In this document: piece by piece, positions 38,703 through 51,583 of the stretch
Position numbering within the stretch: the first letter of the stretch is position 1
Layout: the number at the start of each line of letters is the position of its first letter
Assembly: GCA_951406725.2 (NCBI GenBank)
Contig: OX597825.1
Location: 48,670,001 to 48,734,000, forward strand
Direction: 5' to 3'
DNA length: 64,000 nt
Source of the DNA: Octopus vulgaris
Taxonomy: Eukaryota
Notes under the pieces: model-generated
Database searches by the model: none
What the model was told of the DNA's origin: nothing
Seen by the model: only the letters and a program-made list of their open reading frames with translations
Made by a program: the position numbers and the translations under genes

Positions 38703-41700
38703 TATGTCAAGGTCACTTTCGAGTGCTACTTGTAACATGTAACCCAGCACAACCTGTTGCATGGTCGGGTCATCGGTGACTAAACCGGCAACCCCACCAA
38801 GCTTGCTTGGTAAGGAGGGTGTTTATTGGACACCCTACGGGATGAAAAGCAAAACACGTCAAAAGGCGGAGGAACTCTTGAGAGTCAACGGCCATCCAAT
38901 AAATATCTTAAGGATGTATCATGCGCGGGGACATAGAAATAATCGGACCGAATACCCGATCGCGCGGTTAAACGATTGGGAGTGAAGGACTCCTAGCCTT
39001 TGTTAGCGCATCCTTCTAGGAGAAGGTAACTCAGGTAACTGGGATAACACCGACATAAAACCTGCGGCTCAGTGGTTACCGATGATGTTGACTTGTTCTT
39101 CTTTTCGGATTATGGCTGCTGTCGCTTAGTGACTGGGATTGACTCAGTGCACAGCCTTTCCTCACTTAAAAAAAAATCTTCTTGTACAGGCATTGCACGA
39201 TAACAACATTGATTGATTACATTTATTATCTAATTCATGATTGTTGATGGCGCTGTGAGTCTCAACTGAATGGCTGGCTGTAGCCTTAAAAAGCAAAAAA
39301 TCAATAATGTACCAAAAGAATATAAAAATAAATGGCAGTAAGGACTCTGGAACCACATCAGCTGAAAGAGTCTGGCCCGGCAGGGGCTCCAGAGCATCAC
39401 AGTCTGAACCCGGCCGTCATCATTCTACTGTGATAGAACCAAAGAAAATATTGAATATTGGCTGTTGGAATGTACGGACATTGCTTGACCGCAAGTCCTC
39501 TGAATGTCCTGAAAGAAGGACTGCGCTTGTTGCGAAGGAGCTTCAACGCTATGATCTTGACATCGTTGCTTTATTGGAGACGAGATTACCTGGAGATGGT
39601 CATCTTACAGAATCTCATGGAAAATATACATTCTTTTGGAAAGGGAGGAATGAAGAGTTTAGAGGAGAAGCTGGAGTGGCCTTTACTGTTAGGACTACTC
39701 TTGTAGACAAGTTGGAAGAATTCCCAGTCGGAATTAACGAGCGTCTTATGTCCATGAGAGTTCCTTTGGTTAAAGGAAATGATATGATCTTGGTGAGTGT
39801 GTGTGCTGCAACTATGTGCTATACTGATGACGAAAAACTTTCTTTCTACCATGCTTTGAAGGGCATTATAAGAAATATCCTTCGGGCAGACAAAGTCGTC
39901 GTACTGGGTGACTTTAATGCTAGAGTGGGTAGGGATTTTAACACGTGGACTGTAATTGGAAAGCATGGGGTGGGGAAGTGTAATAGTAATGACATGCTTT
40001 TGCTGCAGATGTGTGAGGAGCTACGTCTGTGTGTTACCAATACCATGTTTCAACAAAAGAATAAGTTTAAGACTATATGGATGCACCCTGCATCTAAAGA
40101 ATGGCATATTCTGGATTATATCCTTGTTAGGGAGCGTGACAGACAGAATGTGCAGTGTGTTCGTGTTCTTCATGGAGCTGAGTGTTGGACTGACCACCGC
40201 CTAGTAGTGCAAAAGTGAAATTAGTCACAAAACATAAAATCTGAGCTGCAGGGATTACCCTGCCTAAAAGACTGAATGTTGATCGTCTTAGGTGTAATAG
40301 TGTGAAGAGAACTTTACGAGAGGAAATGAATGCTGTAGATATTGGGGAGGATTGGCCGATCCTTAAAAAGTCAGTTTATGATATAGGCAAGAAAGTTCTG
40401 GGATTGATACAAAGAAAGCATCAAGATTGGTTTAAAGAAAATGATGAACATATAAATTATTTATTGGCTGATAAAAGACGTACTTTGTCACGCTATTTTT
40501 CAGCAAAGCCACAAGAAAGAGAAGTGTTGCATAGGGAACTAAAGGACGTAAAATCACGTGTGAGGCAAAGGCTCTCTCAGATGAGGGATACGTGGTGGAG
40601 TAAGAAGGCTGATGAGATACAGGTGGCATTGGATTCCAATAACACAAAGCCGTTGTATGGTCTCTTGTGAGAAATTTATGGACCGACGTCTTCCCTGATG
40701 ACACCACTTCGAAGCAGGGATGGTAAAGAACGTCTTCGTGACTCACAAGGAATTCTGCGAAGGTAGCAAGAACACTTTGATGAACTTTTAAATCAGCAGT
40801 CTGTAGTTAGTGAGGATGTTCTCAATCTCATCCCTGGATTACCTGTGAAGGCAGCACTCGCAGAACCACCAAAGTTGGAAGAAGTTGCAGTGGCTGTCTC
40901 AAGGTTGAATAATGGGAAGTTTCCGGGTATGGATGGCATACATGTGGAGTTGTTACAGCATGGTGGTGAGAAACTTCTGCAGAAACTTCACTCTTTGTTT
41001 GTTAAGATATGAACTAGTGAATTAGTACCTGAGGACTGGAGAGATACAGTAATGGTGGTCCTGTATAAGGGAAAGGGCAACAGGAATGATTGTGGTAATT
41101 ATAGAGGAGTATCATTGCTGTCTGTCGTAGGAAAGGTTTTATGCAGGATACTTCTGGATCGTCTGCTGAAATACGTTGCAGATTTGTGTTCTTCTAGAAA
41201 GTCAATCTGGCTTTCATGTGGGACGTGGCACTGCTGATATGATCTTTTCACCTAGACAGCTTCAGGAGAAGTGTGTGGAACAGGGTCTGGATTTGTATCA
41301 GGTTTTTGTCGATCTGACAAAAGCCTTTTATACCGTCAACAGAAAAGCATTGTGGAAAGTCCTCCAGAAACTTGGGTGTCCTGAAAAGTTCCTTGCTTTG
41401 GTTAGGTCTTTTCATGAAGACATGGATGGTAGGGTGAATGTTAGAGGGTAAATGTCGGAGCCCATTTCAATACAAAATGGAGTAAAACAGGTGGATATTC
41501 TGGCACAGACCCTATTTTCCATATATTTTGCGATGGTGTTCTGTATTGCATTCAGAAACTGCAGATACGGTGTTTACATCCATTATCGGACCTCTGGCAG
41601 CATATTTGATATCAGATGCTTTGCTGCGAAAACAAAGGTATTTACCTCTATCATGAGAGACCTTTTGTATGCTGATGATTGTGAGCTAGTAGCACACACA

Positions 41701-42926
41701 GAGATTGATATGCAACACATTTTGAATGCTTTCTCTGATGCTTGCACTGCCTTAGGATTGACAGTCAATCTCAAGAAAACTGTTGTCATGCATCAACTTG
41801 CCCCTGGTTGTATAGTGTACCAAATATCTATGTGTATGGTAAACGGCTTGATGTAGTTGATCAGTTTGTCTACCTGGGAAGCACTATTAATAGATATAGC
41901 AATTTGGATGATGAAATTCCTTATAGAATTAGGAAAGCAAGTGTTGCTTTCGGAAGGCTAGAAAAGCGCTTCTGGAGTCGGCGAGATATATGCAGAAAGA
42001 CAAAGATAAAGGTGTACAAGACATGTGTGCTCCCTTCTCTTCCCTATGCCTGCGAGACGTGGGTCACATATCGATACCACCTTAAACAACTGGAACGTTT
42101 CCATCAGATGTGTCTCAGACGGATCTATGGAATTAAGTGGAAGGACCGCATCAATGATCTTGAAATATTGGAAGGCTCTCGGTGTGAAAGTATAAAAGCT
42201 CTTGTGTTAAAGCAAAGGCTCAGATGGAGTGGTCATCTGGTCAGGATGAAGGATTCAAGGATGCCAAAACAACTCTTTTATGGAGAGTTAGCTAAAGGAG
42301 AACGACCTCCACATAAACCAAAAAAGAGATATAAGGACTTGCTGAAGGCTTCCTTAAGAGATGCTTGCATCTCTCCTGACACATGGGAAGGCATAGCTAT
42401 TGATCGTAGCAGGTGGAGAAGAATTGTGCACGAGGGGACAACCACTTTTGAGAAATCTCGAGTTGCACATGAGAAAGTAAGGAGAGATGTCAGGAAGGGC
42501 ATCGCTGTTACACTTCCAGATGGGAAGGGTCTTCCTATGATGCTGACATGCAGTGTCTGTGCAAGACCCTGCCTCAGTAAAGCTGGACTCAAGAGTCATC
42601 TTCGTAGTCATAAAGCGAGACAGATGAGTGACAACCTGACGGCAGTGTTACTGGTGGCAGTGTTACACACCATACCAATCATATCTGTCAGGCATGTGGA
42701 AGAGAGTGTAATTCGGCAGGAGGACTTAAACGACATGCAAAGGTACATGAAGCCCAGTTACAACTACAGCCGGCTATTGCCGGTAAAGGTTTTAGTTGTC
42801 AATTCTGTACAAGACATTGTAGATCTTTAGCTGTGCTAAAAAGTCACATTCGATCACAGCACCAGTAACAGTTAAGCTTCGTGCAATGGCCATACTCGAT
42901 AACGAGTGGGCAGCCATAATAATAAT
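38703..42926 (+). mobile_element. Near-full-length RTE-clade LINE, inactivated
   Basis: ~600-bp 5' UTR; APE (GCWNVRTL, LGDFNARVG, TDH); RT (NYRGVSLLS, DLTKAF, YADD); C-terminal C2H2 fingers; (TAA)n tail; several stops and frameshifts. Confidence 0.95.
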
Positions 42927-42982
42927 GTATGTATGTATATATGTATGTATATATGTTTATGTATGTAAATATATATATATTC

Positions 42983-43771
42983 TCCTTTACTTGTTTCAGT
43001 CATTTGACTGTGGCCATGCTGGAGCACCGCCTTTTAGCCGAGCTAATCAACCCCAGGACTTACTCTTTGTAAACCTAGTACTAATTCTATCGGTCTCTTT
43101 TTGCCGAAACGCTAAGTTACGGGGACGTAAACACATCAGCATCGGTTGTCAAACAATGTTGGGGGACAAACACAGATACACAAACATATACACAAACTTA
43201 CATATATATACAAATATACGACGGGCTTCTTTCAGTTTCCGTCTACCAAATCCACTCACAAGGCTTTGGTCGGCCCGAGGCTGTAGTAGAAGACACCTGC
43301 CCAAGGTGCCACGCAATCGGACTGAATCCGGAACCATGTGGTTCATAAGCAAGCTACTTACCACACATCCACTCATATACTCTTTTACTCTTTTATTTGT
43401 TTCAGTCATGTGACTGTGGCCATGCAGGAGCACCGCCTTTTAGTCGAGCAAATTGACCACAGGACTTATTCTTTGTAAGCCTAGTACTTATTCTATCGGG
43501 CTCTTTTGACGAACCGCTAAGTTACGGGGACATAAACACAGCAGCATCGGTTATCAAGCGATGTTGAGGGGACAAACACATACACACACATAAATATATA
43601 TACATATATACAATGGGCTTTTTTCAGTTTCTGTCTACCAAATCCACTCACAAGGCGTTGGTCGGCCCGAAGCTATAGTAGAAGACACTTGCTCAAGGTG
43701 CCACGCAGTGGGACTGAACCCGGAGCCATGTGGTTCGTAAGCAATCTACTTACCACAGCCACTCCTACGCC

Positions 43772-43772
<1 letters not shown>
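42983..43772 (-). mobile_element. Two tandem SINE family A copies
   Basis: Units at 42983-43375 and 43385-43772. Confidence 0.9.
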
Positions 43773-43808
<36 letters not shown>

Positions 43809-43852
43809 TCACTAGTTTCAGCTTAGAGCTGCGGCCATGGTGATGTACCATC

Positions 43853-43965
<113 letters not shown>

Positions 43966-43974
43966 TATGTATAT

Positions 43975-44186
43975 ATAAACGCATACCACATATTTAGTTT
44001 AGTCGTAATATCTTCGTCACATGTTTCAACAGCTAAAGGCAAATACACAGCAGTTACTGTGGAGAAAAAATCTCTCTTATGGTAAAAAGGTGTAAAAAGG
44101 AGTGTCGCCCTCTCTCAGGAATCTCAGACATCGATGTTTCGAGTTTATTGGTTCTTGTCGATGAGATGTACCTAAGAGATGATTCT
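43975..44186 (-). repeat. HHR repeat copy A (partial)
   Basis: Homologous to 46258-46580 and 51584-51834. Confidence 0.85.
44121..44167 (-). ncRNA. Type I hammerhead ribozyme, variant core (copy A)
   Basis: Minus strand: atctca-TCGACAA-gaaccaataaactc-GAAA-catcgatg-TC-tgagat. Confidence 0.7.
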
Positions 44187-46256
44187 TTATTACGATAATT
44201 ATATATCATACATAGATGGGACGAAACAGGACGTTACAAACAAATAGTATGAGTCCTTTTTAAAGTGGTTTTTAAAATATGATGATGAATGATATATTTT
44301 AAAAATTTACAAATTTTATATGAAGCCCAACCGCTACACCATACTTTTTTTTTTAACCATGGATGAGATTAATTTCCTTACCACATCCTTCCATCTTTTC
44401 TCGAACATACTTCGCGACAGGTGTCTTCTCTCCAGCCCTATCTTGCTCTTCAGATGATATCTGAAGTATTACAGCAAACCAGGGCCGGAGATGAAAGTTT
44501 CCGTCTCGACTCCTTTCATTCTAGTTTTCCATATACACTGTTTCAACACTGCGACAGTACATAAAAAAACATGCCTCACTTTTTCGTTTAGGTTGTACGT
44601 TTTATAAACAACCATTCTCGTAGCTAAGTTACGTACAATTTCCTGCGTGGGGAGCAACTTCGTATCATTTCCGTTCTTTTTAACGAGATTTTTGCACTTA
44701 AACAATCCAGCCGTCGTCACCTCTAGCGTTATCATATTCGCGCCCACAGTGGCCGAAAAAAGGGGTCCCTCCCCAAACACTTGCTCCGCATCACCGGCTT
44801 CCCCGTCCGGCACCTTCTCCATTTCCGGAGAATCCTCCCCAGACAACACGTTGAACTCCACAATGCAATTCTAGAGAAAAAGGAATTCCTTCAAAAGGAA
44901 TCGAAAAATTACTCGTGACAAAAAATAACCCTTGCCAAAACTACCCACAAAAACAATACTTTTCACCCTGCAAAGGGCAAAAAATCAAAGTGTTCGAATC
45001 ACAAAAAGTTCAATAGCAGCCGCTTCTAAGAAAAATCCCACCGCCTTCCTTGCTTATTTTCTTGCGTTCTTTCTTGTGTAACTTCTTTTGTCTTTTCTTG
45101 TCATTTCAGTTCTTGTTTCTCTTTTTCTCCCGTCTCTAGCGGTTCTTTTGGGGAGATGCTTCACTCTTTTTTTCTTTAGGCTTGCATTCAGAGCGGACGT
45201 GGCCCTTTTCGCCGCACTTAGAGCAACGTGGCCTACGCCCCTCTACTGCAACTCTCACAGTCAGCCACTCCGCCATGAATACCCTATCGGGCAGCCCTTC
45301 TAATACTTCAAGGGTAGCTTGAAGCACGACCTTGAGGGTCTGCCACTTTCAATTTTCGGCCTCTTTCATTTTCATTTGTTAAATAGCTATTTTTTCCTCC
45401 ACATCATATGTTATGACTGCTGCTATCCAAATTATGTCGTATCCTGCTGGTAGTTCTTCTACGTTTATTTTTGCCGTTCTTCTACCCAAATACGTTGTTA
45501 GTAGAATTATTTCTTCATTTTTTAAAAAGTTCTTGTTGATAACTATTTAGCCGTGTTCTCATTAGAAAACTGTGCTTCTACCATGGCATTCCTTCTACCA
45601 CGTCCAACGTACACAATTTTCTTCCATGTAGGTGCCTGACACCTTTCAATTATTTCACAGTTGTAAGTTAAAATTCTTTTTTTGTTTAGGTTGTTCGTTT
45701 TATAAACCACTGTTCTCGCAGCTATATTTTCCTGCGGAGGGAGTACGAGATTTCTGTACTTAAACAATTCAGTCATCGTCACCTTTAGCGTTACCATGTA
45801 ACCGCCTACGGCTGCTGAAAGACTGGTTTTTCCCCCAAACACTTGTTTTACATTATCATCTTCTCCGTTTGTTACTCCTTACATTTCTGGGAAATCCTCT
45901 TTAGACATTCCGTTGAATTCCATACTGCAACTTTACAGAAAAATAAATCCCTTAAAAAGAAATATACTAATGACAAAAATATTTTGACGAAAAATAATTT
46001 TTGCCAAAGAAAAAAAAATTTTATCCTGCAAAGAGTAGGAGTTTAAATCACAAAAAGTTCAATAGCAGTTGTTTCCAACAATATTAAAACAATTCACAAT
46101 TTTCCGCCCGCAGAGCGAAAATAACAGTCATCAGATTAACAGCTGTTCAAATTTCAACAGGTACAACAAACAGTGCAATAACTAAGAAACATTAGAGAAT
46201 AACAGATAGAACTCACAAACAAGCAGCAGCCAACACCGAGATGTAGCTACAAGATG
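44187..46256 (-). mobile_element. Tx1-like LINE remnants: a 5'UTR+ORF1 copy followed by a second partial 5'UTR/ORF1 fused to an ORF2 3' end
   Basis: ORF1 at 45543-45842 and CSKCGEKGHVRSEC at 45136-45327; second 5' UTR at ~45030; fused ORF 44469-44861; AATAAA at 44186-44191. Confidence 0.85.
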
Positions 46257-46257
46257 C

Positions 46258-46580
46258 AACTAATATAGCTTATAGCTTTATATATAATTCAGCCAACACA
46301 TTGACTAGTAGATCGCCTGATCAAGAAAATTATCGGAGTAATGGCGCTTAGCACTGTTTACGTATAATCACAATTTAGGTTAGTTGAAATATGTTTGTCA
46401 CATGGTTCAACTACAAAAAGTAAATATACTCCAGTTACCGGGGAGAAAAAAAGCTCTCTCATGGTAAAAAGGTGTGAAAACACCCCGTTCGTTCAGTGTC
46501 ATCCTCTGTCTGGAATCTTAAACATCGATGTTTCGAGTTTATTGACTCTTGTCGATAACATGTACCTAAGAGATAACTCT
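46258..46580 (-). repeat. HHR repeat copy B (complete spacer between two LINEs)
   Basis: Contains the HHR, a tagttgaa..ttcaacta hairpin and a TATA-like tatataaag near the 46258 end. Confidence 0.9.
46515..46561 (-). ncRNA. Type I hammerhead ribozyme, variant core (copy B)
   Basis: Minus strand: atgtta-TCGACAA-gagt-caataa-actc-GAAA-catcgatg-TT-taagat. Confidence 0.75.
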
Positions 46581-49500
46581 TTATTTTGATAATTTACATC
46601 GTATACAGAAAAGGACAGTACAGGACATTACAAACAAATAGAGCGATTATGAGTCCAATTTAAGATGTTTAAAAAAAATCGGATTGTTAATATAGCATTA
46701 AAACATTTTGTACTTTTTACAGACACACCATGACAGTGAAGTCCAACGTCTACACCTTACTTTGACCACGAATGAGATTAAGTAGGATCAATCACACCCA
46801 ACTTACTTGCTACATCCTTCTATCTTTTCTCGAATATATTTCGCGACAGGTGTCTCCTCTCCAGACCTATCTTGCTCTATCTTGTGAAGTATTACAGCAA
46901 CCCAGGGCCGGAGATGAAGGATCCTGTCACAAGCCCTTGCATTCTAGTTCTCCACACAAACTCTTTCAACACTGCAACTGTACACAAAAAGCATGCCTCA
47001 CCTTTCTTTGGTAGCTCTAATCTTCCTAGATGCGACAATACGTGTTCTACGTAAATTATCGAGCCCGAAAGCTCTGAGCACTGTACAAGAGCGTGCAGGA
47101 CGGTTTCATCGTCCTTCACGCATCTTGGGCATACAGGTGGCACAGATAACACGTTCCTATAGTATTGCTAGGTCAGGCATTTTTGGTAGTTATCCAAGTA
47201 CCCTGGCTAGAAAGTTCTCTGAAACAGGTTGGCTAGCTGGTTCTCATCGAGTCCCAGAGCACGTCCCAGGACCTCATCACTCTTAAACTCTACAGGCCTT
47301 TATAAAATACCGAGGTGGTATTCCTGCTGCCGGCCTTGCTCACCTTGTGGATTAACGCAAGTGCCTCTCGGCACTCCTTTTGCCATTCAGTCGTATTACA
47401 TCTTTTAAACAAATCGGGTATAAATTCGCCCAAGGAGGACGATTGTGGAAAGAATTCCTCTGCAAGCGAATTCAACAACTAGCCACCATCAAGAGATGCC
47501 TTACCCTCAATGCATGCCTGTGCCTGCACATCATTAACCACGCCTTCCCTAACTTACCCTTTAGCGGTTCTTGGCAGCATACGGAGCACCTCACAAGCGG
47601 CTTTCCTCCCCTCCACATCAAGCGGAAGAGAAGGCGTGCTATCTTGCTTAGCTACGAATCAGAGCAAGTCACGAAGGTCAGACGGTAGGTGATAATAGAT
47701 GCAATAAACACCTGCACCACTTACTCCCTCTCTTGCAGGGATAGCGCCTCCACCCTGCTGTCACCTCGCTCTGATTATTCTCCTTCTGGGAATCTGGTCC
47801 GAACCAGACTCCAAGCAACTTAACAGGGCCATCTGTCCAGTGCCCCACGACACTGGACGTTGTCGTCTTTCCGCTCCAGGTGCCGAGCCGTAAGCCGATC
47901 GACTTGTCTTTGTTAACCGCCCCGTATCCTTTGATTGCATCCTCTACACAAGGTAACTGAGTTTCATTGGACGTCATCTGCATGAGCAGAAACAGACTTA
48001 CTACATCAGATTTCATAAGGGATGTCCCCAAACTCTCCAACTTCTGCAACAATGGCTCAAGAGCCAGTACATACAGAAGCGGAGACAGGGGGCACCTTTG
48101 CCGAATCGAGCGCTCGATCTCAAACGGCACTAACAGGTAACCGTTTATCTGGACTGTGGATTTGATGCCATCATAAATGGCAATGATCCAACCACGGAAG
48201 TCCGAGCCTAGCCCAGCCGCATTGAGGACCGCTGCCAGGTACCGGTGTCTACCTTATCAAACGCTTTACTCTGGTCTAAATCGACCAGTACCTCATCTTA
48301 ACCGGATAATTTACCAACCATGTCTAAGGTGTAGCGTAAGAGATGAAGATTGTCCTGGGATGGCGTTTCTCCGCGACACGCGTCAACGTTTTTGCTAGCA
48401 GCTTGGCGAAATTCTTTAACTCAACATTAAGTAAAGTTATAGGCCTGAAATTACTAATATGATACCCTTTGCTCGGGTCTTTTCTGATCAGGGTCACCAC
48501 TCCCCGACTATGAGATGGGAATCATCCCATCTTGCTGCCAGTTTGTGTAGACGCAGGACAGCAAGTGTCCGAACAAGTGCGGCACACTACGATAAAATTC
48601 TTAGAGCAGACCATCCAGCCCCGGCGATTTGTCCCCGGCACACTCAGCCAGCACCTCTTCGGCTTCCGCAGCTATAATCGGCCCTTCACAGCAATCTGCC
48701 TCCCGTGCCGAGAGTCACGGTCCACCGGCAAGGTAATTCTTTAGGGACTCACCACGGTCCAGCATCACTCTCCCCGAACAATCGGGCGAAATGCTGGTGA
48801 AAAGCCTTTTGCATCTCTTCCTGTCCTTGAATCGTATGGCCATGTCCGTCCGTTAAAGACTTGATAGAGGCTTCTCTGTCTCTCCGGCTCTTCACACGAC
48901 GTGGCCATCCGGAAACGTTAATACCTTCTCTCCCTACCGCACGTAACTAGCCCTGTCTCTACACCCTTCGTGTTTGGCTTTGAGATGACGGAACAAAACC
49001 GCTTTCGCTGCCATCACTCTGGATGAAGTGCCAGATTTCAAGGCCTCCTCTAATTCCTTAATTAAGTTCTCTTCTATACTAGTCTTCTCTAAACTTAGCC
49101 GATTATTAAATCTAATAGACTCAGAATAAATGGCTCGCTTGAGAGCGCACCACCACCTATTATTAATGATGGCGCCGATTAATGCCATCTGCAATAACTC
49201 CTTAACCCGAGCACGGAAGGTTTTCAAGTCAAAATAGACTTGTTCATCTTCCAGCTTATCTAGGTACACCTCGCACGTCACAAACATGTGATCCGTGTAA
49301 GAGACACAACAAAAGCGTGAACATCTAAACGTATTCCTATCTCTATCTCTAACAATTATCCTATCTAAATAAGATCTGTGTGAACCGTCGTTATTAGCCC
49401 ACGTCCACTGTGGAACGAGCAGTTCATTCAGTCTATATCGGTCTGCTAGGTTATAGCTTCCTAGTAGCCTTTTGAAGGCAGGATTTCCCCTTTTATCAGT

Positions 49501-51470
49501 CGATCCAACAGAATCCACCCGTGCGTCGAGAATAGTGATAAAGTCTCCTAATAAAACTAGAGGTTTTGACGTCACTAAAAGAAGCTCTACAGGTCCCGGT
49601 AAAAACCAGCTTGTCTATACTCTTTAGGAGCGTAGACAGCTACCAACTCGGACAGCTTAGTTACATGTATCATATTCAAAACGACCAGCTTACATTCTGG
49701 GTCCAGAAAGACTGTACTTACCTGTACGTCCAATTTTTTTGAATAAGACCACTACGCCCACGCCTACCCGCCGACAAGGAGAAATAATTTTGTCGTAGCC
49801 ATTTAGAAGACGCGAGAACGCTTGTGGCCCGTTCAGCTTGGACTCAGTCACGACACATACATCAATGTCCAGTAACCTAAGTTCGCCCAGGAGACAAGTT
49901 TGTTTCCATTTCGATCCCAGGCCACGTGTATTTATACACCCTAACTTAATCTCCATAGTAAAAGTTTAATTGCATTTTAAGTTTGGAGAGGGGCTGCACA
50001 AATATGGCATCATCCCCATCTTTTTCCTTCTGTGGTGTAGCCGCTGGGCTAAAATAAACCTTTTTTTCCCGCCATCTCCTGGCTTACATCATGAATGTCC
50101 GTGGGGTATCTTTCTTTGAACCCTTGGAACAGCTCCGCATCCATTCTCACCAAACGGATGTTAGGTGGCATATCTTGTATTATTTTATATACATGCGCCT
50201 TATACGTTCGAATGACTTAACATGGGAGTGGAGTGGGGAATTTTTTCTGTGTGTCTGTGTAGTTTTTGCTTATTTTCTTTGTCTGGAGAGGGAAGTCCGG
50301 GGTTTGGGCTTTTTTTCCTTATGTGTGATATGACCGTCGTAAATTCCATGTCCTCTTCCACCACAAGAGTTGTGTTTTCTAATGTTTTCTCTTGGGTATG
50401 CTGCTTCTCTTTGTCATTTTTTTCTTCTACTTTTTCTATTTCTTTTTCTTCCTTTTCTTGTTGTTCGTTCGTGTTATCTTTAGCATTTTTTTAGGAGGGG
50501 TTCAAATTTTTTTGTTTCTGTTTTTCGCACTCTCAGCGGACGTGGTCCTTTTCTCCACACTTGAAGCACCGAGGCCTACGTCCCTCGACCGCGACTCTGA
50601 CGCTCAACCCCTTCCCCATGAAAACTCTACCGGGCAGCGTTTCCAACACTTCGTTCGCTTGTACCAACATTTGGAGGGTCTGTCCCCTCCAATTCACTAC
50701 CTTCCTCTTCTTCATTTGTCGTATTGCCATCTCCTCCATATCATCGTACCCTGCTGGTATTTCTTCTACCGCTATCTTGGCGGTTCTTCGCCCTAGATAT
50801 GTGGTTAGTAATATAATTTCTTCGATTTTCAATGTTCTCGTCTATACCTCCTTTGCAATATTTGCGTTTTGAATTGTGCCTCTACAGTGGCGCTCCTTAT
50901 CCCACGTCCCACGTAGGTAATTTGGCTCCAAATTCTTCACGGGTATTATTTTTTTTCTTTTATGGTGAATATTTTCTCGCTATTAAACTTTTTACTGTCT
51001 CCTGCGGGGGCAGTAACTTGGTATCGTTACCATTTTTCTTGATTAAGTTGCGGTACTTGAAAAACTGTTCCATGGTAACATTCATTTCTATTAAATTTCC
51101 GTCTACAGCGACCAAAGAACTGGGTTTTTCCTTATTTCCTTTTGGTACTTTTCAACATTCTCTGACTTTTCCATCTCAGAGAAATCCTTATTTGATAATA
51201 AATTAAATTCCATTTTGTCAAAAATGGTTTCCTTCAATAGGAATAAACACACAAATTTTCAAAAATAAGTTGCCAAAAATGACAAAAATTAATATTTTTC
51301 CAACAAAGTACAATTTTCTTCCTCGTTGGGCGAAATTACCGTTCACAAAACGGTAACAGTTCAAATCCGACAAGTATATACAGTGTAACAAACAGTGCAA
51401 TAACAATAAACATTAAACAGAATGACTTCACAAAAGCAGCAGCAGCTAAACGAGACGTAGATTAGGGATG
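46581..51470 (-). mobile_element. Near-full-length Tx1/L1-clade LINE, decayed
   Basis: ORF1 with CFKCGEKDHVR; APE (GCINTRGL, LGDF, YLDRI, TDH); RT (SIRQRCPLSPLLY); C-terminal CPRC...ET..H; AATAAA at the 3' end. Confidence 0.92.
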
Positions 51471-51582
51471 CAACTCTGAATGAACTGAATAAAGCTTATA
51501 GCTTATTATATAATTCAGCCAACACATCGACTGATTTGCACTAGTAGATCGTCCGATCGAGAACATTATCGGAGTAATGGCG
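51471..51582 (-). promoter_or_regulatory. Putative TATA/Inr promoter part of the HHR repeat, upstream of the LINE
   Basis: Minus strand ttatataataagctataagctttattcagttcattcagagttg; equivalent sequence at 46258-46345. Confidence 0.5.
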
Positions 51583-51583
51583 G

